NCBI GenBank assembly: GCA_963797885.1
Contig: CAWCRQ010000143.1
Span: forward strand, 2,349-66,348
Length of the DNA: 64,000 nucleotides
From: an uncultured Acidobacteriaceae bacterium
GTDB lineage: Bacteria; Acidobacteriota; Terriglobia; Terriglobales; Acidobacteriaceae
Direction: 5' to 3'
Shown piece after piece: positions 59,375 to 64,000 of the stretch. Under the pieces are notes generated by a model. That model saw only the letters and a list, made by a program, of their open reading frames with translations. It was not told the DNA's origin and ran no database searches. The translations under genes and the position numbers were made by a program. How positions within the stretch are numbered: the stretch's first letter is position 1; every line of letters begins with the position of its first letter.

Positions 59375-61213
59375 TCAGCAATTTGTTCGCGTGTCCGTTC
59401 TGGATTGGGTTGAACGCACTCTGTTGAGAATTGCCCGGTAGCGCGGGTCGGCGCGAAGGTCGGAAAGCTCTTGAGTCCGTTCCAGAAACTGCGCGGACAT
59501 TCCAGCAGCGAGGGCTCTATCGATCCCCCAAAAGCGCTTGATCCCGTCTGTGGAGCCTCTCGTAGCCGACGGCCACCTCGTAAAGCACCTCCGGTTTGTC
59601 CGGCGCCAACGCAGCGGCCTGCCTCAGCAGCAGTACGCTCTCGTGGTCCATGCCGATGGCCGCGTAATAGCCACCAACATCGGCAAGAAGATACGCGTCG
59701 TTTGACTTCTGCTTCCGGAGATCTGCACTGAGGGAAATCGCCTTGCGATACGTCTCCTCAACCTTAGTCCGATCGACTCCCGTTTTGCGATAGACGGTTG
59801 CCAGGAATCCCCAGGCGCGGTAATCGTCCGGCCGGAGAGTGATGGCACGTTCAAGCATCGATTTGGCTTCCGCATAATTTCCTTCTTCCAGAAACACGTT
59901 GCCAAGATTCCCATAGCGCTTAAACGTAGGCTCCAGATCGATGGCTTTGCGGAACGCGGCCTCAGCCTCGGCTGGCTGACCCTGCAACCGGTAAACAATT
60001 CCCATGTTGTTATAGGCACGCGGATTGTCCGGAACCAAGTCGGCGGCCTTCTGGTATTGTTCGGCGGCCTGGGCGAACTTCCCGGTTTCCAGATAATATA
60101 AGCCGAGTTGCTGCAACAAGCCCCAGTCTTCCGGCGCAAGGCTGATGGCTTTCTGCAATGTGGTCTCCACCTCATCGTTTCGCCCCAGCCTGTAGAAAAG
60201 CTCTGCCTGGGCGCCGTAAGCCTGCGCGTTGAATTTGTCCAGCCGGAGGGCTTCGTCCAACTCCTGGGCAGCGAGATCATTCTTGCCCGTCGAGGTATAC
60301 AGCATTCCGAGCGTGACGTGAGCCGAGGGGAGATCGGGTTTCAGTTTCAGCGCTTGAAGACTTTCCTGGCGGGCGGGTTCAATGTACTTGGTATCGCGCT
60401 GCTGGATGAACTGCAACACGTTGGCGCGCCCAAGATCGGCGAAGGCGGGAGCGAAGCGGGGGCCCTGCGCGACGGTTTTCTGGAGCAGCGGAATCGCGGT
60501 TTCGAGAGCCTGTGGCCGGTAGTAGTGCTCCAGAAGATCGTGCGCCTTCTGATAGTCATCGTGCACTCCGGCGATATGCTCGCCGCTGGTCTTACTCGCG
60601 CGAAATACATTGCGGACTTGCGGGAGCGTGAATAGAATCGCCACTGTCGCTAGTACCACCGCCGAAATCCCCAAGCGAAATCGGCGGACGCTGAATTGTT
60701 CCTTACTCCCGACCGCCGACGGGGCTGTACTGTGCCCGCTCTCAGTGTCGCGCTTCAGCCGTTGCAGGTCAGATCGCATCTCCGATGCGTGCTGATAGCG
60801 CAGCGAGCGATCCTTCTCAAGAGCTTTCGCGATGATCCCATTGAGTTGAGGCAGCATCTGAGGATTCCAATGACTGGGCGCCTCCGGTTGCTCGTGGAGT
60901 ATGGCGCCATAGGTCGCTCCCGTGGAGTCCCGATCAAAAGGCTTGCGGCCGCTGGCCATCTCATAAAGCGTCACGCCGAAGGAAAAAAGGTCGGTGCGTT
61001 CATCCAGAGGCTTGCCGGCAACCTGTTCGGGCGACATGTAGCTCACCGTGCCTAAAGCCGCGTTTTTGTTGGTGAGATCTTTGTCGGGAAAGGTGGACTC
61101 GCCGATCGTGGGATCGTCCGACCCCGACGCTGATTCTCGCTTGCTGCCCGAATCGGTCCTCTTTGCCAGCCCGAAGTCGAGAACCTTGGCGTGCCCGCGC
61201 TTGGTGATGAAGG
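59375..61213 (-). pseudogene. Ser/Thr protein kinase-TPR fusion, 5'-truncated and frameshifted near the 3' end
   Basis: The frame is open upstream of the track start to ~61213: ..FITKRGHAKVLDFGLAK..GTVSYMSPEQ.. (subdomains VII-XI only), then a TM segment and ~8 TPRs. After the stop at 59517 the expected tail ..DRALAAGMSAQFLERTQELSDLRADPRYRAILNRV continues in another frame to 59375. Confidence 0.75.
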
Positions 61214-61289
61214 TTTGCCGAAGTCGTCGCGGGCTAAGGCCTTCCTCAGAAAGTACCCGGACGAAACCGTCGAGTTGGACGCTTTGCCG

Positions 61290-61404
61290 CCCGATGTTGC
61301 GTGTAAGCCTGTCCCAGCACTTGCGTAATCCGATTGACGGACGCGGGCGCGGCTCCCTCCGATAATCGTTGCTCGATGTAGCGGTCGACTTGTTCCGCCG
61401 TCAG
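61290..61404 (-). pseudogene. Fragment of a tyrosine-integrase N-terminal (core-binding/SAM-like) domain
   Basis: The reverse strand reads ..[34 protein letters not shown].., typical of phage-integrase N-terminal domains. It directly abuts the truncated kinase. Confidence 0.5.
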
Positions 61405-61412
61405 GCCACACG

Positions 61413-61606
61413 CGCGCTGGCGTACCTGAGACTGTCGCTATGAGCATCTCGGGCCATAAGACGCGGTCCATGTTCCAGAGATACGACATCTGCAACGAGC
61501 GCGACCAGCGCGAAGCGCTGCGGGCAACGGAGGCTTATCGGCAGCAGCAGGCCGCACAAGCCGAAAAGATCACGGTCATGCCGCAAAAATCCGTCAGGGT
61601 CCAGTG
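61413..61606 (+). pseudogene. C-terminal fragment of a tyrosine integrase (contains the catalytic-Tyr region)
   Basis: [42 protein letters not shown].. (..GH.T.s...RY motif). Only ~64 codons remain, on the strand opposite the N-terminal fragment. Confidence 0.65.
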
Positions 61607-61674
61607 AAAGGCGGACAGAAGGCGGACAATCAGAAGGGGCACCCGCTATCGAGTGCCCCTAACTTCTTGAAAAA

Positions 61675-61740
<66 letters not shown>

Positions 61741-62092
61741 TCATTGATTCTAAAGGGCATTAGCACCGTACAAAGGCACGATAACCGCTGTACCTTTGGG
61801 GTTTTGCTGGACAATTTGCTGGACAATTCCCGGCCGAGGCCGGACTCAGCGATTGGGCCGGAATGATTCGGCTATCTTCAGTGGCTTAGGTAAGCCCCCG
61901 ATCACCACCACAATCAACTTTTCTAGTGCACCGTCGCCATAGATGTTCATCCGGCGGAAAATCCGCGGCCTCCAACATCCCAGGATCCCGCCTTTCCGGA
62001 GCAGGCCGGGATTGACATTTATCGATAACATGGCCATGATAAATAACACGGCCATGATACTTATGATGGCAGTGCCAAGAGCAAATAAAGCC

Positions 62093-63286
62093 ATGTCCAA
62101 TCAAAGACCCATTCCGCCGAAAGGCTCTGCCAGCGTTTACGAGCGTCAGCTCGCCGGCCTTTTCCGGAGCAATGGCTGGCAGGTCAAAGTTCATCCATCG
62201 CTAGGCAATCAACAAGCAGACCTGATCGTTGCGCAGAATGGCTTTCATTACATCGTGGAACTGAAGACGGCTTCCGAAGGGCGGCGTGACCGCCTGGTGC
62301 CCTTGCTCGCGCAGGCAGTCTTACAGGCACAGGCCCTTGCGAAGGCGTCGCCGGAACCGGCATTTCCACTTGCAGTAATTGCCGCGCCTGTTATTTCTCC
62401 CAGCGTTGTCGTCCATCTGCAACGTTTTCTGGCCGAGAACGCGCCCCAATCCGCTATCGGCCTACTCGACAGTAACGGTTTGCAATTCTTTGCTGGGCAA
62501 GGGTTAGAGAAGCTGAATGCTCCACGCTCCAGCCGTGTCCGACGCCAGCAACATCGGCTGCCGGAGTCGGCGCCGCTCTTCTCCGACCTCAACCAGTGGA
62601 TGCTCAAAGTCCTGCTCGCCCCGCTGATCCCCGAAGGTCTTCTGCACGGGCCGCGCGAACAGTACCACAATGCCTCTCAGTTGGCGGAGGGTGCTGGCGT
62701 CTCAGTGATGAGCGCCTTCCGCCTCGTGCGACAGTTACGGCACGAGGGCTTTTTGGACCGCAACGACGGGATACTGCGCCTGGTTCGCCGGGACGAGTTG
62801 ATGCGCCGTTGGCAGGCCGTTTATCTCCGTGCCATGCCTGAGCTGCCTCTGCGCTGGCTCGTTCCCGCCAAGGGAAACGAGCGCCGGTTGTCGGAGAGTC
62901 TGCATAACTATATGGCCCATCCAGACAAAAGCAGGGACGTGGAACCACGGACATGTTTAGGGCTTTTCGCTGCTGCCGAGCAACTGGGTTTCGGCTTTGT
63001 GCATGGGGTTCCGCCGTCGTTCTATCTTGAAAATCTGGATCGGGAGGCACTGGCACGCATTGGGCTCTCGCCAGAAGGGGCAGAGCGGGCATCAGATGTT
63101 TCTGTGCGTGTTCCTGCCTTCCGTGAGTCCGTCTTCCGCGCCGCCGTGTTGCGCAAGGGCGTCCCGGTTGCAGATGTTCTTCAGGTGTGGCTCGACGTGG
63201 CCGCTCATCCGGCACGCGGAGCGGCACAGGCCGAGGAGATTCGGCGTCGCGCGCTGGCCCCGATCTTTAAGGATAAAGCGCCATGA
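62093..63286 (+). CDS. PD-(D/E)xK-like nuclease-fold + winged-helix protein, AbiEi-antitoxin-like
   Basis: From MSNQRPIPP..: YERQLAGLFRSNGWQVKVHP..QADLIVAQNGFHYIVELKTAS has a D..ExK pattern. In the middle, ..YHNASQLAEGAGVSVMSAFRLVRQLRHEGFL is a wHTH. The C-terminal domain of ~200 aa is unassigned. The track ORF start (61943) is upstream and implausible. Confidence 0.55.
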   Translation: MSNQRPIPPKGSASVYERQLAGLFRSNGWQVKVHPSLGNQQADLIVAQNGFHYIVELKTASEGRRDRLVPLLAQAVLQAQALAKASPEPAFPLAVIAAPVISPSVVVHLQRFLAENAPQSAIGLLDSNGLQFFAGQGLEKLNAPRSSRVRRQQHRLPESAPLFSDLNQWMLKVLLAPLIPEGLLHGPREQYHNASQLAEGAGVSVMSAFRLVRQLRHEGFLDRNDGILRLVRRDELMRRWQAVYLRAMPELPLRWLVPAKGNERRLSESLHNYMAHPDKSRDVEPRTCLGLFAAAEQLGFGFVHGVPPSFYLENLDREALARIGLSPEGAERASDVSVRVPAFRESVFRAAVLRKGVPVADVLQVWLDVAAHPARGAAQAEEIRRRALAPIFKDKAP

Positions 63287-64000
63287 CGGCCAACCGGGAC
63301 GTCAAAGATTTTGCGCGTCTGATAGAGGCTCTGCATCCGTGGCTGAACCAGATCGTCGTTATCGGCGGATGGGCGTACCGTCTCTATCGCTTGCATCCTC
63401 TCGCGCAGCAATTGGAGTACGAACCCCTTGCAACCTTTGATACGGATGTTGCCGTTCCAGCGCACCTGTCTGTAGCAGGACCGAACATGCACGAATGCTT
63501 AATAGCGAGTGGTTTTCTGGAAGAGAAACTTGGAGAGGCGCAGCCACCGGCCGCGCATTACCGCCTCGTCTCGGCTGAGACCGGCTTCTATGCGGAGTTT
63601 CTGACGCCACTTGAAGGCAACGAATACAAGCGCGGTGGTCAGCGGGATGCGACAACGCGAATCGCCGGCGTGTCTTCTCAGAAACTCAGGCATATTGATT
63701 TGCTGCTCAAAAATCCGTGGGCAGTTGAGATCGACGCGACCAATGGTTATCCAACCGCGGAGACCAGGCGAGTACAGCTTCCCACCCCCGCGAGCTTTTT
63801 GGCGCAGAAGGCTCTCATCCACCATAAACGCGACCGCATCGACCGGGCCAAAGATGTTCTGTACATACACGACACCATCGAGGCCTTTGGTGGGGCCTTG
63901 ACAGCAATACGGAAGCAATGGGTTACGGACGTCAAACCAGGTCTGCACGCGAATGGCATACGTAAGATCGAGAAGGCCGCAAACGTTATCTTTGCAGAGG
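63283..64000 (+). CDS. Minimal nucleotidyltransferase-fold protein (AbiEii / GSU2403-like), 3' end beyond the window
   Basis: Not in the ORF track because it has no stop in the window. Hand translation from ATG 63283 (overlapping the upstream stop, ATGA) gives MTANRDVKDFARLIEALHPWLNQIVVIGGWAYRLY..LATFDTDVAV..RAKDVLYIHD.., with hGG and DxD NTase signatures. The frame stays open for 239 codons to the edge. Confidence 0.6.
   Translation, partial: MTANRDVKDFARLIEALHPWLNQIVVIGGWAYRLYRLHPLAQQLEYEPLATFDTDVAVPAHLSVAGPNMHECLIASGFLEEKLGEAQPPAAHYRLVSAETGFYAEFLTPLEGNEYKRGGQRDATTRIAGVSSQKLRHIDLLLKNPWAVEIDATNGYPTAETRRVQLPTPASFLAQKALIHHKRDRIDRAKDVLYIHDTIEAFGGALTAIRKQWVTDVKPGLHANGIRKIEKAANVIFAE

Overview
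64-kb bacterial chromosome segment. Gene content resembles Acidobacteriota (CarboxypepD_reg-type TonB-dependent receptor, several FtsX/MacB-type permeases, Ser/Thr-kinase-TPR fusions), but this is inference only. (1) 1-18 kb looks like ordinary core DNA: a malic enzyme running off the left edge, tRNA-Arg(TCT), a receiver-PilZ-PilZ c-di-GMP effector divergent from a four-gene minor-pilin operon ending in a 1170-aa PilX_N protein, a TonB-dependent receptor, a DUF1111 di-haem protein and a Tat-exported FAD oxidoreductase. (2) 18-37.6 kb is a mosaic of orphan ORFs and gene remnants. It contains a compact same-strand module: sigma-54 enhancer-binding protein, a good TGGAAC-N5-TTGC promoter, CBS-pair protein, TrxR-like ferredoxin-NADP reductase, red-type form I RuBisCO (cbbL, cbbS), cbbX and phosphoribulokinase. 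No cbbR, other Calvin-cycle genes or carboxysome genes are present in the window. (3) 37.6-61.7 kb is bounded by two identical 45-nt copies of the 3' part of a tRNA-Asn(GTT). It carries integrase remnants, a frameshifted IS110 transposase, a frameshifted second integrase, many truncated genes, an FRP-like (fluorescence recovery protein family) gene, an S53 peptidase and a DevBCA/MacAB-like efflux cluster with three permease paralogues. (4) The right edge has an overlapping two-gene AbiE-like pair: a PD-(D/E)xK + wHTH protein and a minimal nucleotidyltransferase running off the window. Non-coding items: a ~163-nt MITE-like repeat in two inverted copies 41 kb apart, a 129-nt nested hairpin, a 142-nt multi-hairpin element inside the efflux operon, and a ROSE-like multi-hairpin leader upstream of hsp20. 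No rRNA or CRISPR array was seen. All calls rest on hand translation and motif recognition; no searches were run.
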